Of a DNA stretch of 54,166 nucleotides, positions 1 to 8,005 are shown piece by piece. The DNA comes from Candidatus Zipacnadia bacterium (GTDB taxonomy: Bacteria; Armatimonadota; Zipacnadia; Zipacnadales; UBA11051). Both the position numbers and the translations under genes were made by a program. Each line of letters starts with the position of its first letter. Within the stretch, counting starts at the first letter, position 1. The notes beneath the pieces are model-generated. The model saw only the letters and a program-made list of their open reading frames with translations. It searched no databases and was not told the origin of the DNA. Where the stretch lies: NCBI GenBank assembly GCA_029821145.1, contig JALGTY010000004.1, forward strand, positions 1 through 54,166, given 5' to 3'.

Positions 1-109
1 CTCCGTTACAATGGTAGAGGCAGACAATTTGACGCCAGAATGAGTTGAATGAAAAAGCGCAGCCGGTCAGTCCATCCCCGCTGCGCTCTTGTCGTGCTCG
101 GACATATTC

Positions 110-713
110 CTATTCGCCGGCGGCTTCGACCGCTTTCCTGCCTAGCTCTCTGGCCGCGGCCATCACGTCCTCCATCTCCGCCACAGCGCCTTTTTTTCCC
201 GCCGAAACGCAGACATCGCCAATATATTCGCCGCGCCAGCGTTCGGCCCAGAACGCGATCGGCTCCGTGACCCATTTGCTCTGGTCCTGAGTGGGGTCAC
301 CGTAGGCGCACAACACGGCCCAGATTTTGCCGGCAAAGCCCTGGTTGAGCCACTCGGCGGCGTAATAGGCCGACCAGCGATCAACAAAGCACTTCATCTG
401 GGCCGGAACGCCCTGCCAATAGACGGGGGCGCCCCAAACCAGTACGTCGGCCGGGGGCGCCCCAAACCAGTACGTCGGCCTCGATAACCTTGTGCATTAC
501 CTTGCGCCAGTCGTCGTCAGCGCGCAGGTCCACCCGCATACTGAAATCGTCGCAGACTTCGGCGATTGGACGGATGTTGAGATCGTCCAGATAGATCTTC
601 TCGACCTCCGCGCCTGCCTCCGCAGCGCCTTCGAGAAAGGCGTCGGCCAGGCAGTCGGTGTTACCGCCCTTGCGCGGGCTGCCGATGAGAGCTAAGGCTT
701 TCAAGAATACCAC
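110..713 (-). pseudogene. Flavodoxin-fold NAD(P)H-dependent FMN reductase / iron-sulfur-flavoprotein-like gene, frame broken by a 28-bp tandem duplication
   Basis: ORF 381..713 (MVFLKALALIGSPRKGGNT...EADVLVWGAP) and ORF 110..397 (MKCFVDRWSAYYAAEW...) are the two halves of one protein. Removing one copy of the 28-bp repeat (424..479) restores the frame and reads ...VLVWGAPVYWQGVPAQMKCFVDRW..., giving 191 aa. Confidence 0.7.
424..479. repeat. Perfect 28-bp tandem duplication (2 copies: 424-451, 452-479)
   Basis: The unit cgggggcgccccaaaccagtacgtcggc occurs twice back to back. 28 is not a multiple of 3, so the duplication shifts the frame of the flavoprotein gene. Confidence 0.95.
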
Positions 714-770
714 CTCGACAATAAGTTGCTAGCCTGCAACATTCACGAGTGAAATGGAATGTGTAGCAAC

Positions 771-852
771 GACCTCGGGCTGGAAGCTGAGAACGCGATA
801 ACTCGCGTTCTCACCTGACCTGCGCTTGGCGCAGGTCAGGCCGAGCCACGCG
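771..852. repeat. Composite REP-like element, long copy A
   Basis: The arms gacctcgggctggaagc ... ggccgagccacgcg enclose two nested hairpins (gagaacgcg/cgcgttctc and cctgacctgcgc/gcgcaggtcagg). The same arms and inner hairpin recur at 4359-4457 and, diverged, at 2538-2640. Confidence 0.8.
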
Positions 853-903
853 TCTTGTGAATTATTCGGGATAGATGCCAACAGCATGCCACACAGACCG
901 GGC

Positions 904-1893
904 CTAGATTTCTTTCAGGATTTCAGCCTTGCGGGCGGCGAGCTCTTCGTCAGTGATAAGGCCCTTTTCTTTGAGGTCCGCCAGCTTTTCGAGACGCTCT
1001 TCAACGCTGGCGCCAGCACCGGCGGGCGGTGCTGGCGGCTGTTGCTGCATGGCTTGCTGCATGGCGCCCATCATCGCCGCGCCCATGCCGGCTCCTGCGC
1101 CAAGGCCCATGCCGACGCCAGCCGCACCGCCTCCGCCCTCGGCACTGGGTATGTCGCCAATCGCCTGGGCGGTGCGGAACTGCATGAAGCGCTGCATATC
1201 GCCGACAGCACCCATGCCGGAGCGTGCGTCAATCATCTCCAGGACGGCCTCGGGCGGAGCGATGGCCTCGATGAGGAAGTCAATAAGCTCGAGGCCGTAG
1301 TTGTTGAAATCCTGGCCAACACGGGCACGCATGACCTCGCCGAGCTCGTCGTAGTGCTTGGGCAGGTCCAGCACCGTGTCCATGACCTCGCCGAGGACGT
1401 CATTGAAGCGCGCGACGATGAAGTCGCGCAGCCACGAGGCCACTAAGTCGGTATCGTACATGTGCTGGGTGCCAACCACCTCGTTCACGAAAAGCTGCGA
1501 GTCGGCCACCCGGCACGTGTAGGCACCAAAGGCACGCAGGCGCACCATGTCAAGCTCCGAATCGCGGAATATTACCGGCGAGGCGGTGCCCCATTTGAGA
1601 TCGGTAAAGGTGCGCATGTTGACGAAATAGACCTCGGCCTGAAACGGTGTCTCGCCGCCGAAGGGAATGTTGATGATGGCCTGCAGCAGCGGGATGTTGG
1701 CCGTGGTGAGGGTGTGGCGCCCCACGTGGAAAACATCGAGCGCCTTGCCGTCGCGGAAAAAGATCGCCTCCTGGCTCTCCCGCACGGTCAACTGTGCGCC
1801 CAGCTTGATAGTGCCCGGCCCATACTCCGGCCAGCGGTGCACGATCTCGTTTCCGGTGACATCTCGCCATTCGATAACATCTATTGCCGCCAT
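904..1893 (-). CDS. SPFH/Band-7-like protein of the YdjI (virion-core-protein-like) type with C-terminal SHOCT-like motif
   Basis: 329-aa ORF. The N-terminus reads MAAIDVIEWRD...FFRDGKALDVF. A Gly/Ala/Met-rich linker follows. The C-terminus LEKLADLKEKGLITDEELAARKAEILKEI fits the SHOCT pattern. Confidence 0.7.
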   Translation of the reverse strand: MAAIDVIEWRDVTGNEIVHRWPEYGPGTIKLGAQLTVRESQEAIFFRDGKALDVFHVGRHTLTTANIPLLQAIINIPFGGETPFQAEVYFVNMRTFTDLKWGTASPVIFRDSELDMVRLRAFGAYTCRVADSQLFVNEVVGTQHMYDTDLVASWLRDFIVARFNDVLGEVMDTVLDLPKHYDELGEVMRARVGQDFNNYGLELIDFLIEAIAPPEAVLEMIDARSGMGAVGDMQRFMQFRTAQAIGDIPSAEGGGGAAGVGMGLGAGAGMGAAMMGAMQQAMQQQPPAPPAGAGASVEERLEKLADLKEKGLITDEELAARKAEILKEI

Positions 1894-1922
1894 ATTGGTG
1901 TCCTCCTCAAGGTCAGACTTAT

Positions 1923-1949
1923 GATGTCGGGCTGGAAGCCCGACCTACG
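1923..1949. repeat. Short REP-like hairpin (core gtcgggctggaagcccgac)
   Basis: atgtcgggctggaagcccgacctacg is nearly identical to 51687-51712 and similar to 51725-51750 and 42056-42085. Confidence 0.85.
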
Positions 1950-2040
1950 GGAATTATTGAGGGCTTGTCCTATGTGAGCAGATAACCCTACAGGGACGCC
2001 CATCCCACGCCATACGTGTATGAGTGCCAACTGCCGGCCA

Positions 2041-2472
2041 TCAGGCCGGGAATATTTCGACAAGCGCACTGTCAATGGGGCTGGCTTTGAATATCTGTGT
2101 GCGGCCCCGGTCTGTGATCGCCAGGGCGATGCTATTGTCATCAGCCACACAATAGGCGAACTCGCAGCGGCTGAAGTCACGGCCCGAAGCCGTCGCAATC
2201 TCGCGCTGGGCACCGCCCTGCCGGACCAAGCGATAGCCCTCGTCGCGCAACTCCGCTACGGCGTCTTCCACTTCAGGCTGACTGAGACTTGTCTCGTAGA
2301 GGTGTCCCTTCAGCCTGGTAATCCACTGGTGTTGCTCCTGACCCTTTAGCTGCACCTCCCAGACGGCCCAGTTGAGGGCCGGGCTGGCATATTTGTCAAC
2401 AGCGACTATCTTCCCGTCCAGCCCGCGCAACGTGATCTCATCGCCTACCTTGGCATTGTTGATGTCCGACAC
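2041..2472 (-). CDS. Hypothetical protein, possibly DUF4178 (YdjH-like partner of the SPFH protein)
   Basis: 143-aa ORF immediately upstream of the SPFH gene on the same strand. The W..WEV.L......W pattern and the gene context resemble B. subtilis ydjH-ydjI. This call is from memory only. Confidence 0.4.
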   Translation of the reverse strand: MSDINNAKVGDEITLRGLDGKIVAVDKYASPALNWAVWEVQLKGQEQHQWITRLKGHLYETSLSQPEVEDAVAELRDEGYRLVRQGGAQREIATASGRDFSRCEFAYCVADDNSIALAITDRGRTQIFKASPIDSALVEIFPA

Positions 2473-2537
2473 AACTCCATCCGTTTCGGGTATATTGATA
2501 ACTAAGAATAATGGCCAGTTGTGAGATTAAGGGTATT

Positions 2538-2640
2538 CGCGGGCTGGAAGCTGAGAATGCTCACCCTTCGACAGGCTCAGGGCATGCCGCATTCTCACCC
2601 GACCTTTGCAGACGGCACAAAGCTCGGGCCGCGCTACGCG
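2538..2640. repeat. Composite REP-like element, long copy C (diverged)
   Basis: gcgggctggaagc-tgagaatgc...gcattctca-...-ctcgggccgcgctacgcg. The insert contains cccttcgacaggctcaggg, a sub-motif also present at 12889-12915. Confidence 0.7.
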
Positions 2641-2665
2641 TCAGAGAGTAATCGGCGTGAATACG

Positions 2666-3211
2666 CTAAACACTTACCTGTTTTGAGATGGCATCGCCGG
2701 GGACGGCCGAGCTTATCACTTCGTCGCGGTCGTCAAGCATCTGCTCGAGGTAGTCCATCTGGGCTTCGAGCTCGGCAAGCAAGTCGTCATAATCTGCGCT
2801 GTCGGCAGCCGCCAGTTCGGCCACTGTAGCGTCCATGTCGGCGATGTGCTTCATCAGCGACATGTCATAGTCATACATGCGGTCGAGTTCTTCTTCTTCG
2901 ATCTTGATAGCGTCGAAAAAGCCGGTATAGCCGTAGCTGGCGTGATCAATTCGGTCGCGCAGGGTCGTCATCCGCCTCTGAGTGCGGCCGATCTTTGAGG
3001 TGAGTTCAATGTCTGAGGTGCCGGACTCGCGCATGAGGCCCTCAAGCTTGCCCCTGATTGCGTCCAAGAGCTTGACCAGGTGGTCCCGCACCAGCCTGTC
3101 AGCGGTGCGGCGAATCTCTTGTTCACGATAGCCGTCGAAGCCGGGGATGGCCTCGGCCAGCTTCTGAAATGCGTTTTCGTCCCCTTTGATACGGTCGCGC
3201 ATATCTGACAT
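2666..3211 (-). CDS. Hypothetical acidic coiled-coil protein (181 aa)
   Basis: The start is the ATG at 3211-3209 (MSDMRDRIKGDENAF...). The product is helical and heptad-like and is the first gene of the coiled-coil/DUF4178/SPFH trio. The longer track ORF (to 3616) runs antisense through the T-box leader. Confidence 0.55.
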   Translation of the reverse strand: MSDMRDRIKGDENAFQKLAEAIPGFDGYREQEIRRTADRLVRDHLVKLLDAIRGKLEGLMRESGTSDIELTSKIGRTQRRMTTLRDRIDHASYGYTGFFDAIKIEEEELDRMYDYDMSLMKHIADMDATVAELAAADSADYDDLLAELEAQMDYLEQMLDDRDEVISSAVPGDAISKQVSV

Positions 3212-3341
3212 GTGCCAGCCTGCCTTTCTCGGAGCTGAGTGGAGCCGCCAGTTGACGTATTCGCCTCGACCACGGTCGTTTCCTGCCTGTCGCGGAAAAA
3301 AGCTGCCAGGGACTTCAAGCGAAGCAGAGAGGGCCGGCAGC

Positions 3342-3370
3342 TTGACGAATCTGCCATGCTGTACTATACT
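3342..3370 (+). promoter_or_regulatory. Sigma70-type promoter for the T-box leader
   Basis: TTGACG (3342-3347), a 17-nt spacer, then TATACT (3365-3370). Confidence 0.6.
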
Positions 3371-3376
3371 GTAGTC

Positions 3377-3650
3377 AATCTGGATGTTGCTTACGGCGAG
3401 GAAGGGGAGGAGTAGGCGGACCCCGCCAGGATACAGAGAGCCGTCGTCGTGCTGAGAGACGGTGCCAACGGGCCGCTGAATGTCGCCCTCGAGCCGTTGG
3501 GCTGAACGAACTTCGTGGGAGTAGGTCCGGCCGGGTGCGCCCGTTACCGCGCTAAAGAGTCCGGTGTAGCCGCAAGGTTGCGCCGGGAATCTGGGTGGTA
3601 CCGCAGGAGCTAGCAAGCCTCTTGTCCCATTGTGGACACGAGGTTTTTTT
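3377..3650 (+). promoter_or_regulatory. T-box riboswitch leader (tRNA-sensing transcription attenuator)
   Basis: K-turn-like CGGC-GAG-GA (3394-3402) lies opposite GA-GCCG (3491-3496). AGUA (3411-3414) lies opposite GAA (3478-3480), as in a specifier-loop S-turn. There is an AGAGAG box (3435-3440) and an F-box-like CCCGUUACC (3540-3548). The near-consensus T-box AAUCUGGGUGGUACCGCAGG is at 3588-3607, and a terminator hairpin plus U7 is at 3618-3650. Confidence 0.8.
3618..3650 (+). terminator. Intrinsic terminator of the T-box expression platform
   Basis: The stem cctcttgtcc/ggacacgagg has one mismatch, the loop is cattgt, and ttttttt (3644-3650) follows. Confidence 0.75.
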
Positions 3651-3698
3651 GTACCTCAATGCGTGCAGTACCTGGTGTTATTGGCGAGGCCTACTGTC

Positions 3699-4349
3699 AT
3701 GCAGATCGCACGGGCAGGCACTTTCTCGATAGTAGCACGCGACGGGGGCACCGGCGACATGGGGGTGGCCGTTCACTCCAAGTATTTCGCCGTGGGTAAC
3801 GTTGTGCCGTGGGCTGTGGCCGGGGTGGGAGCGATAGCGACACAGGCTGCGGTGAATCCCGAATTTGGTCCGGAGGGACTTCGCTTATTGCGCACGGGGC
3901 TGTTACCGGAAGATGCTCTGGAGCAGATGTTGGCGGCGGATGACACTCCGGAACTGCGCCAGGTGGGAATCATAGACCACCGGGGGCGTACCGCCAACCA
4001 CACGGGCGCAGAATGTACTCAGTGGGCAGGAGCTATCTGTGGCGACGATTTCTGCGCCCAGGGGAACATCCTGGTCGGGCCACAAGTGATTGACGCTATG
4101 GTAGGGACCTTCGAAGATACAGCGGGGCAGGTACTGCCCGAACGCTTGATGCGGACGCTTGAAGCTGCACAGGCAGCCGGCGGCGACTCCAGAGGACAGC
4201 AATCGGCCGCTCTGCTGGTGGTGAGCGAAGACATTGGGATTGCAGGTTTCACGGACCGCATAGTGGACCTGCGAGTGGACGATCACACGCTACCTGTTGA
4301 GGAACTGCGGCGCATATTTGACATGCTCAAGGCTATGCGGGAGTGGTAG
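3699..4349 (+). CDS. DUF1028 family protein (Ntn-hydrolase-fold, function unknown)
   Basis: MQIARAGTFSIVARDGGTGDMGVAVHSKYFAVG... shows the typical TFSIVARD N-terminus. The ATG at 3699 lies after GGCGAGG. The upstream TTG at 3630 lies inside the terminator. Confidence 0.7.
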   Translation: MQIARAGTFSIVARDGGTGDMGVAVHSKYFAVGNVVPWAVAGVGAIATQAAVNPEFGPEGLRLLRTGLLPEDALEQMLAADDTPELRQVGIIDHRGRTANHTGAECTQWAGAICGDDFCAQGNILVGPQVIDAMVGTFEDTAGQVLPERLMRTLEAAQAAGGDSRGQQSAALLVVSEDIGIAGFTDRIVDLRVDDHTLPVEELRRIFDMLKAMREW

Positions 4350-4358
4350 GTCGCGAAA

Positions 4359-4457
4359 GACCTCGGGCTGGAAGCTGAGAATTGACCCACGCCTGTGGCG
4401 CGGGTACCCCCATTCTCACCTGACCTGCGCCTCGCGCAGGTCAGGCCGAGCCACGCG
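4359..4457. repeat. Composite REP-like element, long copy B
   Basis: gacctcgggctggaagctgagaat...attctcacctgacctgcgc-ctc-gcgcaggtcaggccgagccacgcg has the same arms and terminal hairpin as copy A, with a different central insert. Confidence 0.8.
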
Positions 4458-4532
4458 TTTTGCAGGTTGTTCGAGCTAGGATCTAGTATAGTGAGTCAGT
4501 GAGACAGCCACATCACGAACGGAGGCAGGGAG

Positions 4533-6194
4533 ATGAAGAAGCATAGTGGACCGGTGGTACAAGGAATCAGCCGGGCGCCGGCACGTGCGCTGCTGCACGC
4601 CTGCGGCTTCACGCCCGAACAGCTTTCGGATAATCCATTTATCGGGATCGCCAACAGCTACAGCGATATCGTGCCGGGGCACGTCGGAATGCAGCGTCTG
4701 TTGCGCGGTGTCGAGCTGGGCATCGCCGCCGGTGGCGGGACTCCTATGAGCTTTGGCATTCCTGCAATCTGTGATGGGGTGGCTATGGGCCATGCCGGCA
4801 TGTTCTACAGCCTGCCCAGCCGTGAACTAATCGCCGACACCGTCGAGAGCATGGCGATCGCGCACGGTTTCGACGGCCTGGTACTGCTGACGAATTGCGA
4901 CAAGATCACTCCGGGGATGCTGATGGCCGCGGGCCGGCTTGATATACCGGCTATCGCCATCACCGCCGGCCCGATGCACTCGGGCCGACTGGCGGGCAAG
5001 CCGCTCTCGCTCGTCCGCGATACCTTTGAGGCCTTCAATAAGGCCGAGCGGGGTGTGATAAGCGAGGAAGAGCTGCACGATCTGGAGATCGAGGCCTGCC
5101 CCGGCCTCGGCTCGTGCCAGGGCCTTTACACGGCCAATACGATGGCCTGCGTGACAGAGGCGATGGGGATGAGTCTGGTCGGGTGCGGTACGGCTCTGGC
5201 CGGTATGGCCAAGAAGGAGCGGTTGGCTTACGATACGGGTGTGGCCGCCTGCCGGCTGGTGGAAGAGGACATCACCGCCCGCCACGTCATCACCGAAGCC
5301 AGCATCAGAAACGCCATCCGCATGGATATGACTCTGGGCGGCTCGACAAACTCGTGCCTGCACATTGCAGCGATCGCCTACGAGGCGGGTGTGGATATCA
5401 GCCTGGAAGTCTTTGACCAGCTATCCAAAGAGACGCCGCAGATAGCACACCTGCGTCCGGGTGGCGACTATATGATGGAAGACTTGGACTGGGCAGGAGG
5501 GATAGCCGGGGCCTTCTCGGTGCTGGCCGAATTGCTGGATGACAACATCACCGTCTCGGGCAAGACTGTTGCGGAGATCGCTAACGAAGGCCGCGTTACC
5601 GACAGTGATGTGATTCGCTCCCTGGACAACGCCTATCGGGAAGAGGGTGGTATCGCCGTCCTGCGCGGTAATCTGTGCCCGGACGGTGCGGTTGTCAAGC
5701 AGTCCGCGGTGTCGGAGAAGATGCGCAAGTTCCGCGGGACCGCCGTGTGCTTCGATTCAGAGGAAGAGGCGCTGGAGGCCATCATTGCCGACAGTATTCC
5801 GAACGGCTCCTGGGTCATCATCCGCTACGAGGGGCCCAGAGGCGGCCCCGGGATGCGGGAGATGCTCAACCCGACGGCGACACTGACGGGCATGGGCAAA
5901 GAGGAGGCAGTAGGGCTGCTGACCGATGGGCGCTTCTCAGGTGGCACGCGCGGCCCCTGCGTCGGTCACATCTCGCCGGAGGCGGCGGCCGGTGGTACGC
6001 TGGCGCTGGTGCAAGACGGCGATGAAATAGCCATTGACCTCGATGCTCGGAGCCTGGAGCTTCTGGTAGATGAGGCAGAACTGGGCAGGCGTCGCGAAGC
6101 CTGGCAGGCGCCAGATGCTAAGATCACCACGGGCTGGCTGGCGCGCTATGCGCGGTGTGTGCAGTCGGCGGCTTCTGGCGCGGTAATGAAATAA
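4533..6194 (+). CDS. ilvD: Dihydroxy-acid dehydratase
   Basis: 553 aa with the motifs [24 protein letters not shown] and [20 protein letters not shown] lies 8 nt upstream of the ATG. Confidence 0.95.
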   Translation: MKKHSGPVVQGISRAPARALLHACGFTPEQLSDNPFIGIANSYSDIVPGHVGMQRLLRGVELGIAAGGGTPMSFGIPAICDGVAMGHAGMFYSLPSRELIADTVESMAIAHGFDGLVLLTNCDKITPGMLMAAGRLDIPAIAITAGPMHSGRLAGKPLSLVRDTFEAFNKAERGVISEEELHDLEIEACPGLGSCQGLYTANTMACVTEAMGMSLVGCGTALAGMAKKERLAYDTGVAACRLVEEDITARHVITEASIRNAIRMDMTLGGSTNSCLHIAAIAYEAGVDISLEVFDQLSKETPQIAHLRPGGDYMMEDLDWAGGIAGAFSVLAELLDDNITVSGKTVAEIANEGRVTDSDVIRSLDNAYREEGGIAVLRGNLCPDGAVVKQSAVSEKMRKFRGTAVCFDSEEEALEAIIADSIPNGSWVIIRYEGPRGGPGMREMLNPTATLTGMGKEEAVGLLTDGRFSGGTRGPCVGHISPEAAAGGTLALVQDGDEIAIDLDARSLELLVDEAELGRRREAWQAPDAKITTGWLARYARCVQSAASGAVMK

Positions 6195-6255
6195 TCTCAC
6201 CCGATGGCTTCGGCAGCCGTACAGTGAAGCCTTGCGGGTCCAAGGAGGTAATATC

Positions 6256-7953
6256 GTGAGTGGAAAAATGATCAACGGTGCCGTGGGGATGCTCCAGGTG
6301 CTGGAGGAAGAAGGTGTGGATGTCATCTTCGGATACCCGGGCGGGTCCGTGATACCGATCTATGACGCGCTGTACGATTCGAAGATAAAGAACATCCTGC
6401 CGCGCCACGAGCAGGGGGCAGCACACGCTGCCGACGGCTACGCACGCTCGACTGGCCGGGTGGGTGTGTGCATGGCCACCAGCGGCCCGGGTGCGCTGAA
6501 CCTGGTCACCGGACTGGCGAACGCTTACATGGACTCGGTGCCGATGGTAGCCATCACCGGCCAGGTCAAGAGGCCCTTAATTGGCAAGGATTCCTTCCAG
6601 GAGGCCGATACTACCGGCGTCACGATTCCAGTCACGAAGCACAACTACCTGGTGACTAACACGGCCGAGCTGGTGGACATCTGCCGGGAGGCGTTTTACC
6701 TGGCGCGGACGGGCCGTCCCGGGCCGGTGCTGGTGGACGTGCCGTTCGACGTCAGCATCGGCGAGGTACCGTGGACTGAGCGCAATATCGAGGGGCTCGA
6801 CGGCTACGAGGAGCCGAAGCCGGTTGATGACGAGCTCATCCGCCGGTCTGCGGACATGATCGAGCAGGCCAAAAGGCCAATTCTCATGATCGGCGGCGGG
6901 GTAGTCGCCTCGGGGGCTTCGGAGAAGCTGTTTGAGTTGGCGACCAAATGCAATATCGGTGTGGTCCACACGATGATGGGCAAGGGCGCTTTCCCGGAAA
7001 GCCACGAGCTCTCGATGGGGATGCCGGGGATGCATGGGATGGCGTACGCCTCGATGGCCCTGCAGAACAGCGACCTGATGATCGTCATCGGGGCGCGCTT
7101 TGACGACCGCATCACCGGCGCTCTGGAGAGCTTCGCCCCCGGTGCCCAGGTGATTCACATTGATGTTGACGCCGCCGAAATTGACAAACTGCGCCCGGCG
7201 AAGGTCGGCATTTGCGCTGACGCCGGCGATGCTCTCGCCAAGCTCATCGCGGCCTGCAAGCCACGCGATAAGGGTCCGTGGGAAGAACAACTTTTTGAGT
7301 GGCGGCGTACACACCCGCTGACATATCCAACGCCTGATGAGGGCATCGCGCCACAGTACATAGTCGAGCAGCTATACGAGCTGACCGGCGGCAACGCGAT
7401 AATCGCCACCGAGGTTGGTCAGAACCAGATGTGGGCGGCACAGTATTACAAGCTCGAAAAGCCCCGGCGGTTTCTGAGTTCCGGCGGCCTGGGCACCATG
7501 GGCTACGGTTTCCCGGCGGCCATTGGCGCTCAGGTGGGCAACCCGGGCGAGCTGGTCGTTGACATCGCCGGTGATGGCAGCATCCAGATGAACCAACAGG
7601 AGCTGACCACCGCCAGCATCAATAAGCTGCCAGTTAAGGTGGTCATTCTCAACAACAGCTATCTGGGGATGGTGCGGCAGTGGCAGGAGATGTTCTTCGA
7701 CAACCGGCTTTCGGGTGTTGACTTGACCGGCAACCCGGACTTCGTGAAGATGGCCGAGGCGCATGGGGGAGTGGGACTGCGCTGTGCCGAACCCGATAAG
7801 GTGCGCGAGACCCTCGAGCAGGGCCTGGAGGTCAATGATAAGCCGGTGTTCATGGACTTCCTAGTCCACAAGCAAGAGAACGTGTTCCCGTTCATACCGG
7901 CCGGGAAGAGCGTTGATGACATTATCATGGAGCAACCTGAGAATGAGAAATGA
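6256..7953 (+). CDS. ilvB: Acetolactate synthase large (catalytic) subunit
   Basis: ThDP-enzyme motifs are present (GYPGGSVIPIYDAL, GPGALNLVTGLANAYMDS, GLGTMGYGFPAAIGAQ, DGSIQMNQQEL). The start is set at the GTG at 6256, 7 nt after AAGGAGG (6242-6248). Confidence 0.9.
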   Translation: MSGKMINGAVGMLQVLEEEGVDVIFGYPGGSVIPIYDALYDSKIKNILPRHEQGAAHAADGYARSTGRVGVCMATSGPGALNLVTGLANAYMDSVPMVAITGQVKRPLIGKDSFQEADTTGVTIPVTKHNYLVTNTAELVDICREAFYLARTGRPGPVLVDVPFDVSIGEVPWTERNIEGLDGYEEPKPVDDELIRRSADMIEQAKRPILMIGGGVVASGASEKLFELATKCNIGVVHTMMGKGAFPESHELSMGMPGMHGMAYASMALQNSDLMIVIGARFDDRITGALESFAPGAQVIHIDVDAAEIDKLRPAKVGICADAGDALAKLIAACKPRDKGPWEEQLFEWRRTHPLTYPTPDEGIAPQYIVEQLYELTGGNAIIATEVGQNQMWAAQYYKLEKPRRFLSSGGLGTMGYGFPAAIGAQVGNPGELVVDIAGDGSIQMNQQELTTASINKLPVKVVILNNSYLGMVRQWQEMFFDNRLSGVDLTGNPDFVKMAEAHGGVGLRCAEPDKVRETLEQGLEVNDKPVFMDFLVHKQENVFPFIPAGKSVDDIIMEQPENEK

Positions 7954-8005
7954 CGTGCTGCAGACCAGCGGAATCTCAGATTTTGCACTGGGGAAGGTGA
8001 CGAAT

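Noticed and set aside
3488-3490. CUC (Leu) as the T-box specifier, by analogy with B. subtilis ilv-leu
   Set aside because: In my hand-drawn fold, CUC is part of the helix/K-turn strand (CCCUC-GA-GCCG) and not the loop. GUC followed by G sits at the canonical position. This is not fully excluded without computational folding.
3212-3616. N-terminal 135-aa extension of track ORF 2666..3616 (316 aa)
   Set aside because: The extension runs antisense through the T-box leader and its promoter. It has a Pro/Arg/Gly-rich composition typical of a high-GC shadow frame. An internal ATG at 3211 begins the coherent coiled-coil protein.
3630-3698. TTG start at 3630 for the DUF1028 ORF
   Set aside because: This start lies inside the T-box terminator hairpin and U-tract. 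The ATG at 3699 has an SD-like GGCGAGG and gives the family-typical ...TFSIVARD N-terminus.
4460-4489. Internal promoter for ilvD (TTGCAG-18-TAGTAT)
   Set aside because: The hexamers are only moderate and the spacing is suboptimal. I kept it as a remark in a finding rather than as a feature.
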